A stretch of 64,000 nucleotides of DNA from NCBI GenBank assembly GCA_963837175.1, contig CAWIMJ010000034.1:129055-193054 (forward strand), given 5' to 3'. Shown one piece after another: positions 1-11,031 of this stretch (position 1 is the stretch's first letter; every line of letters begins with the position of its first letter). Under the pieces are notes generated by a model. The model had not been told where the DNA came from, made no database searches, and saw only the letters and a program-made list of their open reading frames with translations. The position numbers and the translations under genes are program-made. This DNA is from an uncultured Nitrososphaeraceae archaeon (GTDB taxonomy: Archaea > Thermoproteota > Nitrososphaeria > Nitrososphaerales > Nitrososphaeraceae).

Positions 1-621
1 AATTGCAGCTATCAACAAAATAGATATACCAAGAAAGTTATTTTTATTATTAGTATTAGTAGAGGAGTTAGTTTGAGCTCCAAACAACATATCTTCAAAT
101 GATGGATATATGAGTATAACAAGTCCTATTGATCCTGCTATTATTCCTAAAAGAGTATATTTATTTAATTTTAAATGATAATAAAACTTACCAATCAATA
201 ATACCCATATAGGAACAGTAGAGAACAATAATGCAGTAATATCAGAAGAAAGATATTGTTCACCATATGCTAATAATCCTTGTCCAGCAACTATCAGACT
301 AATTCCAATTATTATTGCATCTTTCCATTGTTTTCTTCTTGAACTTATTGTTTGTAATAGATTTGGATTCTTATTCTCTTTTTGTTGTTGTTGTTTTTTT
401 GATGTCTGGATTTTTTCTGTTTTCTGTTTTCTTTTCTTATTATCAAATCTTTCAAGTGAATATATTTTAAATATAAAAAATAGCATTAAACCTGAAATTG
501 TGTATCGAATTCCTGACATTAGCAAAGGAGGAATTGTATCAATTGAAATTTTTATTGCAAGATATGTAGATGCTATAATAATCCATGTAAATATTAGTAT
601 TAGCCATATCTTGTGATCCAA
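1..621 (-). CDS. EamA/DMT family transporter, runs off left edge
   Basis: Manual translation from TTG at 621: KIWLILIFTWIIIASTYLAIKISIDTIPPLLMSGIRY...GEQYLSSDITALLFSTVPIWVLL; open to position 1. Confidence 0.85.
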   Translation of the reverse strand, partial: MDHKIWLILIFTWIIIASTYLAIKISIDTIPPLLMSGIRYTISGLMLFFIFKIYSLERFDNKKRKQKTEKIQTSKKQQQQKENKNPNLLQTISSRRKQWKDAIIIGISLIVAGQGLLAYGEQYLSSDITALLFSTVPIWVLLIGKFYYHLKLNKYTLLGIIAGSIGLVILIYPSFEDMLFGAQTNSSTNTNNKNNFLGISILLIAAI

Positions 622-759
622 TTAAATATAAAAATAGATATAGCAGGAGAACTCTGTAAACTTATCGGTTGATTCATCTTTTTCTAACTGTAATATTAGA
701 TATATTAGTGCTGTTAACTTAAGAAAAATCTATAGCTGTGAACGTTCTATTCTAACATA

Positions 760-1101
760 GATAGGTCTTGGTATTATAGTTATTATATTGTCGATTATAG
801 TTCTGTCATTCCCAGTAGGAACAGCTGCGTTTTTGATAATCTTACTTACAATTGCTTTACTAATTGATGGTATTGCAAGAGTAATTCATGGTATTGCAGA
901 CAAGACAGGCCGTAGTTGGTCAAGGATGTTCAGAATTCGGCAGGTGTAATAGCTATTGTATTGGCTCTAGTGATAATCGCATCTCCTGTTATAGGAGCAG
1001 CGCTTGTAGGCATATTACTAGGAATAGCTCTGTTAATAATAGGCATCGAAATCATAGCAAGAGGTATAGCTGGGAGAAAAATATCATTAACACAATATTA
1101 A
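760..1101 (+). pseudogene. HdeD/DUF308-like membrane protein, frameshifted
   Basis: IGLGIIVIILSIIVLSFP...LLIDGIARVIHG then frameshift near 935 into SAGVIAIVLALVIIASP...LLIIGIEIIARG. Confidence 0.65.
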
Positions 1102-1234
1102 GTGGACAGAGACATTCCAATTTTCCTAATTCATTATGATTGTTATCATCAAATTTTATTTTTCAAAAAGACCGCTAATTTCTTAAGAAAAATTTTCACA
1201 AAAGTTAAAGAAAAACCCTAGCTTATGCCAGATT

Positions 1235-1771
1235 GTGAGAAAGAACACAGTAATGTGGTTATCCATTCCATCACTCATGTTACTAATGACAGTAATTACG
1301 GTAATGACATTTCTCCCGATATTGCATATAGATGCTCAAGGGAATACAAATACCCCAGCTCCACCCATGACTGCTGCAGAGGCATTAGCTGATACAATAA
1401 ATTCTATTGCTTTATTAGTAGGAGTAGTTGCACCTCTAATTGTGTCAGGGCTTGCTTATGTGAAGTCTAAGTCCCAAGACCCACATATCAATAAAGCATT
1501 AGAGGATGCAAAGAATGTGGGTCTGACAGCCACAGCAATGGCAAACAAGGTCCTAGAAAATAAGCAAAACATTAAGGCTTTCATAGAAACTGGACTCGAG
1601 GCTGCTCCTGAAAATATACAAAAAACAATAGAACAAAGAAAGGCATTGATTGACAAACTCGATAAAGAAATTCAGGCGACTAACGCGCAAATAAATCGAT
1701 TAGTGCCACTGATTCCAGGAGAAGCAAATGCTGACACAATTCCAGATTTGCCGAGAGAGAAGGATTTTTAA
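1235..1771 (+). CDS. Hypothetical membrane protein with coiled-coil C-terminus
   Basis: 178-aa ORF, two hydrophobic segments then helical charged region. Confidence 0.7.
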   Translation: MRKNTVMWLSIPSLMLLMTVITVMTFLPILHIDAQGNTNTPAPPMTAAEALADTINSIALLVGVVAPLIVSGLAYVKSKSQDPHINKALEDAKNVGLTATAMANKVLENKQNIKAFIETGLEAAPENIQKTIEQRKALIDKLDKEIQATNAQINRLVPLIPGEANADTIPDLPREKDF

Positions 1772-2030
1772 AACTTTCTGGAGATCCGCATGCACCAATT
1801 AGAATAGGTTGATTATCTTAGGGCAATAATTGTTGTTGATTTTGGTTTATGGATATATGGAAAGATAATGAGTAGAATGGTAAATAGTTTTTGATAAAGA
1901 TGTAATATCAAGGTCATAAGCAGTGATTCGGTACAGGGCATTATTGTTGCAACCATACTTTGAAAGAAGCCTAAGATAATGAAATACCTCAATAAATCTT
2001 ATTAATCAGATAAGGTTATACTATTTTTAA

Positions 2031-2207
2031 TTGAACCACTATTCTGATAATATTCCATTAGACCAAAGAAAATATATTGAATCCATCACCAGTGGAACTG
2101 CAACAAACTCAAGAACAATCTGTAAGGATTGTGATCAGGGAAGACATATTGAGTGTAGTACTAGGTCTAATTGTTATTGTGCGAAAAATGGACACAGGAT
2201 GTTATAA
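2031..2207 (+). CDS. Small Cys/His-rich putative Zn-binding protein (58 aa, absent from ORF track)
   Basis: TTG..TAA: MNHYSDNIPLDQRKYIESITSGTATNSRTICKDCDQGRHIECSTRSNCYCAKNGHRML. Confidence 0.65.
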   Translation: MNHYSDNIPLDQRKYIESITSGTATNSRTICKDCDQGRHIECSTRSNCYCAKNGHRML

Positions 2208-2719
2208 GGTCGGATCAGATGGAAAAAGCGATCTACTAGTTTCTTCAAAAATCATCATACCATCCCAGTGATACATATGACGAGTCATAATGAATTTAAA
2301 CTGTTTTTTACCTGTTTTCAGCGTTTCGTTATCCCAAAATGACATGACATGTGGTCTACAGGGACATTATGCCATCCAGTCATGTTTAACTTTGAACTTA
2401 AATCACTACATACTAACTTAGCATCAGCAGATTCAAGAAATGCCATTCCTCCCCATTCGTCACTTTCAAAATGTAGAAATGCTACAAAAGTTAGTTTTTG
2501 TAATGAAATTACTTCTTTAACTTTTTCTTCTATTTTCTTGTACATTCCAATAGGACTAGTATGAATAAGCATTGGCTGTTCATCGTCAATTAAGAACTGA
2601 TTGAATGTAATTCCAAATGTGCTATTATATCCAGAAATTCTGTATATTCCATCATTTATCTCTGCAATTTTAACATCAATATCCTTTGGGCTATAGTTAG
2701 TCTGGCTTATGTGTGGCAA
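2208..2719 (-). pseudogene. MBL-fold di-iron (ODP/FprA-like) protein, frameshifted and truncated
   Basis: TFNQFLIDDEQPMLIHT, HFESDEWGG; continues in other frames as FWDNETLKTG...HWDGMMIFEETSRSLFPSD; GACAT duplication at 2341-2350 at the frameshift. Confidence 0.75.
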
Positions 2720-2944
2720 GTATTAGATTTTATATTTGAAATTGTATTAGATATAGAATTGTATTCGATCACACCAAAAGGTAAGAGACTCCTGCAATGC
2801 TGGATTAGTTTCCTATCAGCATATTCTTGAAAACAATAAGCATTCTGCAGATAAATCTTATCTATAGAATATTACATCACTTTACTGATAGAGAGAACTT
2901 TAGAATCGTGAAAATGAAATGACATCGAACCATAATGAGGTATT

Positions 2945-3430
2945 TTGATATTCGACGAAGGAAAGTCATATTTATCCGAGTTTCCTGGTGGATGGCTCAA
3001 CTTCAAAAAGAATGTAAACCATTGTTTAACATATGTTTCAACAGATGATAAGATAGATACAGAATTAAAGAAGTGGTTTGATGAAAAATTTGGTGTGCAT
3101 AATAAAACCTCAGAAGATGGAATATCTATTTTAAAAAAACTTTCTCTTATCGAAAGAAAAGATACAAGGATCCAACTCACTCCTAAGGGATTAGAATGCG
3201 TCACTCTAACAAATGCTGACAAGCATGATCAGTTTCTTTTTGAAATTCTCAACTCGACGTATGCCAGAATATCAGAATTAATCGACATTCTTAAGAAGAA
3301 TGGACCTCTTGAGGTCAAGGAGATTATGAAACAGTTAGGCACCTTATCAAGAACGATTGTTTTTATTTTCAGGTTTGGTATTTTGAGAGGTCCTAGAGTA
3401 ACAGGATTCGCATTGAAAGTCAGTTTCTGA
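2945..3430 (+). CDS. Winged-helix-like hypothetical protein, probably truncated
   Basis: ILKKLSLIE...IQLTPKG wing motif; C-terminus looks unrelated. Confidence 0.45.
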   Translation: MIFDEGKSYLSEFPGGWLNFKKNVNHCLTYVSTDDKIDTELKKWFDEKFGVHNKTSEDGISILKKLSLIERKDTRIQLTPKGLECVTLTNADKHDQFLFEILNSTYARISELIDILKKNGPLEVKEIMKQLGTLSRTIVFIFRFGILRGPRVTGFALKVSF

Positions 3431-3906
3431 TGATAGATATGCTTGATGAAGCGGCTGTCCCAAATGACAAAAGAGATAGAAAACCCATTAGAATGGCTTT
3501 ATATTCTATAACTCCAAAAGGTAAGAGACCCATTAAACTGCTGAATTGCTTTCCTTTCTGCATTATAGAGTAATTTTAGTCGTCAAATAACGGCCAGATA
3601 ATTGTCATATTATCGTCAAATAGTAGTCAGATGCAATATATACACCGATATGACATTTGTGATTTAACCAATAGCCATAATTATCAAACCACCTAGAGTA
3701 AGAGATCACAAGAAGATGGCTGTAATTTTATAGTTTTCACCTAGCTAAAACATTATTTTATTTTTGTACGGAAAGTCGTATCAATAATTTTGTCCTGAAT
3801 AATAATTGTAACCACAATAACTTTATAGACAACTTACAAAACATCTCCTCTAAGATTGTCTGCTTAGCAGCACCGAGCCTGTTTAGTATTTATCAAAATT
3901 TACTCA

Positions 3907-4803
3907 TTATCTTTGGACATTGCTTTTCAATACATTCCATGCTGCTTCAATATCTACTAATGGAGGTATAATTGATGACTTACGAGGACTATATAAAGAA
4001 TTGGCTGTTCTAATAGCAAGAATTATCTCTGCTGCTGTAGCTTTTGGAAATACAGACCAAAGAAGTGCTAGAGCCCCCGTTACAAATGGAGTGCAAAGCT
4101 TGTACCACTCATCTGTATATATCCTCCACCGCCTTCGTCTGAAGATGTACTGGTTATATTTACACCAGGGGCCATCAATCCACGATTTCCTATTGATTTA
4201 CCGAAATTTGACATTGAATCAAGTTGCCCGTACTCATCACATGCTGCTACAGGAATGATCCATTGGTTGTTTATAAGAGAGATGCTGCCGATATTTCCTT
4301 GATTTCCTGATGCAGCTACTATTATTGTTCCGTGTAGACGGGCGTAATCATAAGCTTCTTGTAGCCTAGAATATGTTATCAATGAAGATGAGGACAAGCC
4401 TAAACTTAGGTTTATAATTTTCACTTGCGCATCTACCACTTCTATAATTGCTTCAGATAATTCTTCAGGAAGTAGGACGAGGTAGTATAATGTCTCTATT
4501 AGTTAGTGTTTGATCCATGAAAATGGGGCGTAATAGCAATGTACATCCTGGACATATTGCAGGCGCGGATAATCCACGTTTGGCACACAATATTCCTCCT
4601 ACAAACGTACCATGTCTGCAGGCTATACTGCTAGCACTTTTGCACACTGCAAGTTGGGATTCTTTAACAGCACTTATTCTGGATCCCTGGAAAGCAGGAT
4701 GGGTATAGTCGAGAGGTCCATCAATAAGACCTATACTTATGTCAGGATTACCATTAGAAATATTCATCAGGGATTGTAATCTTATTTGGCTTAATGGATC
4801 CAT
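3907..4803 (-). pseudogene. S8 subtilisin-like peptidase, PatA/PatG cyanobactin-protease type, two frameshifts
   Basis: Triad IGLIDG / HGTFVGG / SGTS and oxyanion AASGN across three frames (shifts ~4470 and ~4095); tail PFVTGALALLWS...SIIPPLVDIEAAW. Confidence 0.85.
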
Positions 4804-4849
4804 TATCTTTACATTATCTTTACTCTTCTTTGCTTTGCTCTTATTTTAT

Positions 4850-5813
4850 TTAACGCTCAAAATACTGTTGCATAGGACTTACTAGGAATGGAAATTCTTC
4901 TGTTACATCTACTCTAACAAACCATTTCTGTATTGCTCTGTTAGTACGATTCTCATATGAGAATATGACATCAACTATTTTACGAGTACCGCTAAGTCGT
5001 GATGGGAGAACATCTACAGCAGTAAATGAATAGTTTTCATCCTGCATCAATTGAGTTCTATGATATATCTCATCATAACGAACTACTAAATAGTTAAGAG
5101 CACGATGCTCGTCTGTCGTACCCGCATTATCAGCAATTTGAATTATATGATTAAAAAGTACGTCAGTAGTTTTTCTAAATTGATCCTCACTTTCACCTTT
5201 TCGCTTAGGAATTGATTTCATAAGAGTATTTCTGTCAAAAGAGTATATTTGATCTACTACAACAATGGGTACCATAAGTCCATTACACTTTTCAGGTGAA
5301 GCCATTGGCCCTCTTCTTCCAATAATTACATCAATATCTACAAAGGGACCAGGAGCAGGTCGAAGTGCTTGAGCCAGTCTGTCTATATCTAAAGGATCAG
5401 TTGGAACTAGAATATATGTTTCTAAGCCTTCAATATTCATTACATAACAAATTTGACGAGCTATATACCGGTTAACTGGATCAGTAAGAGGCAGCATGGA
5501 TAATGTCTTCGCGGGTTCGACCCCTTGTCTCCTCTTCAGGCCTGCGACCCGTAGCTTGTGCTAATTCTAGCTCCAAAGATCTAGTAGGAAAGCGATGAAC
5601 AACTTTTCCTATAGCATATACATACAATGGATCAGCCATTTTACCATCCTCAGAACCACAGGAACAACCTTCTTGTTTGCCGCATGCACAGGGTTTATCC
5701 ATGGTGGTTTGTGGAGATATTTCTGTTTTATGATTGTTAGCGTTAGAGTGTCGATGTTCTGATGAAGGAATCTCGATGCTTGCTCCATTTTCTATATTTT
5801 GTTCATCTTGCAT
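4850..5813 (-). pseudogene. Stand-alone PatA/PatG C-terminal DUF protein, one frameshift ~5495
   Basis: YVYAIGKV..RFP.RSLELE, NRYIARQICYV, DNAG.TDEHRALNYL, SRLSGTRKIVDVIFSY, FVRVDVTEEFPFLVSPMQQYFER. Confidence 0.85.
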
Positions 5814-6726
5814 CTAACTATTGCTACAATATCAGTTATATCCTTTTCTCTAAACTTTTTAACTATTTGTTTTTAATGAATTAGTTTAAAAGATTTTTAA
5901 AATATCTGACTGAGATCTACCCACTCTCGATATTTATTAATCTAAAATCAATTACATACTGAATAACATTAATTCGTAGACCTAAGTAGAAATTTGTAAT
6001 ATTACCGTGAAATCACTTTTAGAATAGTCAAACATTGCATAACGATGGAAGAGGCTTAGTTTTAATAAAGCACCTATCTATCAATTCACTTGACTGGCTT
6101 CCCGAGGAGTTTCAAGGACTTATACAGCCAATTCAGGGTGAAGATGCGACCTAGCGATGAGACGTTCAACAGCCTGTTCAAGATACTTCATTGTGGGTGA
6201 GGGAGCGCTGGTGTTAAACCCATTTTCTTCATATGGGTAAGAGTGTTGATATCAGGAATGAATTCAGCACAAGCCATATTCCAATTTACTAAAGTCGATT
6301 TTAGCTAGGTACATTATTAATAAAAGAATACAACAATTCGATGTCGAAGTGGTTCTTACATGATATAAGAAAATTAAAGGAAATTTATAGCCGTCATCCT
6401 AATCCTCCCTGTTGGATATAAGTTTGATCATCTTACGACTAGTTTTATTCTTGGGATAATTGATTGTTATAACCAAGCAGCATATTTAGTATAGTTGCTT
6501 TAGAGTTATTTATTCAATTTTTCACTTCTATTTTTATCTATCTGCTATACACATTTCCTACTAACTGTTACTTTTATATTTCCCATATATAGAACATTTA
6601 TGACTGTACCGTTTTAATATTTCGCAATTGAGCTGAGCCGAACTGCAATAAATCTATATGCGTTCCAGGACATTAAGGACAAGTGGAGCAGGTTGGCTTA
6701 CCACAACAATTTCCACCGTCTGCGCA

Positions 6727-6984
6727 TTAGCAGCCTCCACACTCTTTATAGCACTCAAGCTTGCAAACTTGAATACAGCGCTCTCTTCGTGATCCTGACA
6801 GCCCCTCGCATTCCCCTCTATAACATCTTCCAAAACAATCGCTACAACAGGAAGCAGGTTTTATTACTGCTGTTAAACCTGAATAACGATTCCTTAAAGA
6901 GGGGGAGGCTTCATGCCTATAGACAAACAAATTTTGAGCAGTAAAACCTGGTAAAGACCTTTCCTTATAATCTCCTTTTACCAT
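6727..6984 (-). CDS. Leader plus Cys-rich peptide, candidate precursor of adjacent S8/PatG-DUF cassette
   Basis: Cys-free 45-aa N-terminus (SLPGFTAQN...VIKPAS) then 40 aa with 10 Cys, mostly CX3C. Confidence 0.75.
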   Translation of the reverse strand: MVKGDYKERSLPGFTAQNLFVYRHEASPSLRNRYSGLTAVIKPASCCSDCFGRCYRGECEGLSGSRRERCIQVCKLECYKECGGC

Positions 6985-7006
6985 AAATAAGTCTTTAAGC
7001 TTATAT

Positions 7007-7014
7007 TATTTAAA
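7007..7014 (-). promoter_or_regulatory. Putative archaeal TATA box for the Cys-rich peptide gene
   Basis: TTTAAATA 23-30 nt upstream of ATG at 6984; AT-rich background weakens it. Confidence 0.4.
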
Positions 7015-7118
7015 GAATTCTCATTTCGCCAGCATGTATCTAATTTCAGAATTACTATATAATATAATTTCTGTTTTTAACTTGTTATTGGTTATATATA
7101 CATGCTCAAGGAATTCTG

Positions 7119-7285
7119 GGCTCTGTTCACTTAATTTTTCCTTTAATAAGTATTCTATTATGCATATAAACAAACTGACTCATCATCCAATTGCTAACAT
7201 GACGTTCTAGTTTACAGTTATCTCTTTTTCTACATGGAAAATAATAATCATCAAAACATTCTGTTCTATCTTTAAAGTTGTATAG
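7119..7285 (-). mobile_element. IS6-family remnant (transposase C-terminus plus terminal IR)
   Basis: KDRTECFDDYYFPCRK..CKL..HV.NW; IR GGCTCTGTTCACTTAA at 7119-7134. Confidence 0.8.
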
Positions 7286-7572
7286 ACATACCTGATGCAT
7301 TTGCTGCACTTTTTAATTTCTCATCAACACTTTCTAATGCCGTCGTAACATCATCATCATCTTTATTATCACTATATCTACTGCCGGTCAGGAAGTCTTG
7401 TTACCCATCATCATCATTTCCATGATGCTTTGAGGAATCATTACTATAGCACTTTAATCAACTGCTTTTTCTCTGCATGTTTGATTAGCTGCTTTTGCTG
7501 CTGCTGCATCTAAACCTGGTATAGTAGTAGTTGGTGGTGGTAGTAGTAGCAGGGGTTATGATACTGTAGAAA

Positions 7573-7803
7573 TTACACAGTGTTTGAAATAACATTGGTC
7601 ACATAAACCAAGCCATTAGTTGGGTTAATAGCAACTCCATGTGGATTTTGACAAACAGGTATAGTAGCAATTACAGAATATTTCTGTGCATTAGCTGTAC
7701 CTATTTCGGAAGAAAATACTGTAGTAGAAATCAGGAGTGTCATAGTCAAAAGTGAAAACAATTTAAGAGAAATGGTAGTTTTCATGGGGGTTTCATAACT
7801 CAT
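7573..7803 (-). pseudogene. Secreted YVTN beta-propeller protein, N-terminal fragment
   Basis: Signal peptide plus single blade VIATIPV..NPHGVAINPTNGLVYVTN. Confidence 0.75.
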
Positions 7804-7901
7804 TATAAACCATCTTGTTATAGCAGCAGCAACTGCTAAATTCTAGCATTTATGACAAGGATATGATATATATTATTTATAGTTTTATGATGTGTTTTCT
7901 G

Positions 7902-8572
7902 GGCTCTGTTCACTTAAGGTTAAACCTATAGCTTTCAATATATTAATTCCCTTTATGTTCAAAAGAAATAGAACATCTTCAAAGTATATCTATTATGCAA
8001 AGTTATATTTTTCAGGTCTATCACTTCGAAAAGCATCAGAATATTTGTCTGCATTTATCAAAAGAAACCATGTTTCTATTTGGAACTGGGTTCAACGATA
8101 TAAGCCAAGATATCTCAAAAGAGAAAGAAGGTATCAGAATTTATTATAGATGAAACTTTGCTTAAAGTTCGTAATGAATTTGTATGGCTGTGGATTGCAA
8201 TTGAACCAATAGATAAAATAATTCTTGGTATTCATATTTCCTTTAAAAGAACAATGCTTGTTGCTGCAGAACGATTTCTACAAGAATTGGTTAGGAAATA
8301 TGGAAAACATCCAGTTTCAACCAATGGAGGTACATGGTATCCACAGGCTTGTAAATTCCTGAATATGAATCATCATCATCTGCATTCCTCCTATGAGAAA
8401 AGCATGATTGAAAGAACCATACAGAGTACATCAAAAGGATAGAACCGAAAGCTTTGATCATGACTACTTTCCTTGTAGAAAAGAAAAATGTAAACTACAA
8501 CATATCAGAAATTGGTTCAATTTTTTCGTTGATTATCATAATACGGAGATGATGGCTTAAGTAAACAGAGCC
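7902..8572 (+). mobile_element. IS6-family insertion sequence, transposase frameshifted
   Basis: 16-bp IRs 7902-7917 GGCTCTGTTCACTTAA and 8557-8572 TTAAGTAAACAGAGCC (1 mismatch); GLSLRKAS, NHVSIWNWVQRY, DET, WLWIAIEP, YGKHPVSTNGGTWYPQAC. Confidence 0.9.
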
Positions 8573-9405
8573 GAATTCTATGAGATTTTTTCTTGTCTCT
8601 TCCAATTTTTTCTGCAAAGTGTTCTTTTCTTGACCTATTGCTTTTTCAACTAATTTTTCTATGGATATTATAGTTAGATCTGGCTGCACAGGTGTTTTCA
8701 TAGCTTTTAAATTCCAATGTGTCGGATTCTCCTTTATTGATTAACTCTTCCAAAATCTCTTTATCATCAATTTCAGTAGAAAGTTTTTGTTGTATGATTT
8801 TGTCAGTTGATCTGCAAGTGGTTCAATAATAATACTTCTATCAAGCATATTTATCCGAGTTTAAATTCAAATAGTTTCACAATATTCATATTAACGCTAA
8901 GTAAACATAGAATAGAAATCCACGTACCATCAAGGTTTAGATGGCAAAAAATTAACTTACAGTTCTGTCGTTAGCATTTATAAAACATACATTATAGCCT
9001 CTATAGCAGTAACTTCGATATTTGATGTATTTTCATATTATCAACCTACAATAAAATTACCTCCGAAGCAACATCCCTTATGGGTGAATTTTTAATTTTC
9101 TGTGCTAGATCATAGATAGAACTTAAAAGTGGTTCGATGTTCTTTGTCTCATTCTTATAGAATAATATATTATCCATCTTTTCTCTTGTCTCGGTAGCGT
9201 GTTTCGCTATACTTCTTTCAAACTGTACATGAGCAAAAATAGACAATGAACTAAGTGATTCAATCTTTGAAATGAGATCATCAAACTAATTCCTTTTGAT
9301 CCTCTTTATCTAAAAACGTCATTCCCTCAGGTACTGAACCTTAAGCTTTTTACTTTATTCTAAATAGATATCGCATTATTAATTAAATTTGTATTCATAT
9401 TAATA

Positions 9406-11031
9406 TTATTTCAATTTAAGTTTGGTTTGGATTTTTTTACCAGCTTCAATTAAAAGTTTAGCATCCTCAGTATTTTGGTCCTTTATTTCATTCATAAAGT
9501 TATTAAGTTGACTAGAAGCCTGTTCAACTCCTTTGGATATCTTTAGATCTTTTACAAGAGTTTCTAAAGCATCTTCGACTCCTTGTCTTATTAACCAGTT
9601 TTTAGTGTCGGTAGAACAATCACACCATTTATTTGAAATGTCGTTAGGGTCACCGCTCCTTTCAATACGTATTAATTTAGTTATATCAAAGCGTTTCTCT
9701 AAGAGGTTTCGGTATTTTCTTTTGTCGCCTGTATGATGTTTACTTTTGCCAGTTTTATCTAAAATTTCATTTATTTCCTCGTTTGTAGCGTTCTTTCTTT
9801 TTGCTAAATCTAACAATTCTTTTGATAAATTAAGGTAATCTGATACAATATTGGTAACCTTCTCATCGTAGGGTGTTTTATCTTGATAGGTCAATCCATT
9901 CTTTCTGTTGATTACTGAATCATAATCTGAACTAACTGGATAATTTTTTTCCTCCATCCAAGGCCACACATCAACAACATAAACTTCTAGATTAGGAATT
10001 TTTTCTGCGTCTTCTACATCTGTCCAATAGTTCTGATGTGACTGTATTAGATCCCTTAGTGGAGTATTGCTTAATATACCACCATCCCAAAATCGTCTAT
10101 GACTTACAAGGTTGCCTTGCCGCAAGTCTTCTTTTAATCTCTCTTCTCGTTCTTTATCGCCAATGTTATTATAGTCATAATGTATTGGCACATAAGTATA
10201 TTCGTAATGTATTGGAACTGAAGCGCTAGCAATTATATGTTCTATCATCAATCCTTTATCGTATTCGATTTTTTGAGTGTATTTTTTTGTTAATTCTTCA
10301 TCAAATCCATATTCTGAACTTCTAGAGCCATCTTTTTTTGTATAGCTATCAAAAACTACTGTTTCACCTTCTTCTACATCAACACTAACTGTAAGTAATC
10401 TTGGTTGTTTTATTGGTTGTTTCTTATCATCATAATAACTTGTTGCTATTGGGAAGTGGACATTTCTCTTTATACTTTCCCTTAACGGTTTATTATCATA
10501 CATATACCAAGTATTGCTTGGTATAGTAAAATCATCAAAGAATTTGTCATCATAGATCTCCCTTGGTCTTGAGAAGACATTTGGAGCTCCTGATAATATA
10601 TACTCTTTTGCAGAAAAATACCTTCTAGCCGCTTCTCCAGTAGCGGCAGTAGGATTACTTTTGTTTCTTTGATCCCATACATTCATCCATGAGTTTTCAC
10701 TCCAAGCAAAGGGGAAGTTAAACCAAAATGGCCACCAATTACTTAAATCTGGAGTAGACGATATATCATCCCAGAATTTTAAAAGTTGTAAATGTGCACC
10801 TTCCCATGTTTTATTCTCTTGAACATAATTTACCAATATTGCGCCATTGATTGCGCCAATAGATGTCCCCGCAACTATATCAAACATATTTTCATTGTCA
10901 TTCTCATTTTGAATATCTTTTCTTAGCCAATGATATAATGCAACGAAAACACCTGCTTCATAGGCACCGATAGAACCACCGCCTTGTAATACTAGAGCTC
11001 TCTGTTTAGGGGGAATATGTTTAGAAACCAT
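9406..11031 (-). CDS. Patatin-like phospholipase (DUF3734-type C-terminus)
   Basis: LQGGGSIGAY, GTSIG nucleophile, WDGG..SNTPL. Confidence 0.9.
   Translation of the reverse strand: MVSKHIPPKQRALVLQGGGSIGAYEAGVFVALYHWLRKDIQNENDNENMFDIVAGTSIGAINGAILVNYVQENKTWEGAHLQLLKFWDDISSTPDLSNWWPFWFNFPFAWSENSWMNVWDQRNKSNPTAATGEAARRYFSAKEYILSGAPNVFSRPREIYDDKFFDDFTIPSNTWYMYDNKPLRESIKRNVHFPIATSYYDDKKQPIKQPRLLTVSVDVEEGETVVFDSYTKKDGSRSSEYGFDEELTKKYTQKIEYDKGLMIEHIIASASVPIHYEYTYVPIHYDYNNIGDKEREERLKEDLRQGNLVSHRRFWDGGILSNTPLRDLIQSHQNYWTDVEDAEKIPNLEVYVVDVWPWMEEKNYPVSSDYDSVINRKNGLTYQDKTPYDEKVTNIVSDYLNLSKELLDLAKRKNATNEEINEILDKTGKSKHHTGDKRKYRNLLEKRFDITKLIRIERSGDPNDISNKWCDCSTDTKNWLIRQGVEDALETLVKDLKISKGVEQASSQLNNFMNEIKDQNTEDAKLLIEAGKKIQTKLKLK

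Noticed and set aside
2318-2719. MBL-fold gene as a protease-activated defence nuclease for the nearby S8
   Set aside because: Motifs (HFESDE, HWD) fit ODP/FprA-like di-iron proteins, and it is separated from the S8 gene by an opposite-strand ORF
6080-6277. Short minus-strand reading between peptide and PatG-DUF as a second precursor
   Set aside because: No shared leader or Cys-rich core; broken frames, unidentifiable
6673-6729. Selenocysteine or pyrrolysine readthrough in the Cys-rich peptide
   Set aside because: Both stops are TAA, not TGA or TAG
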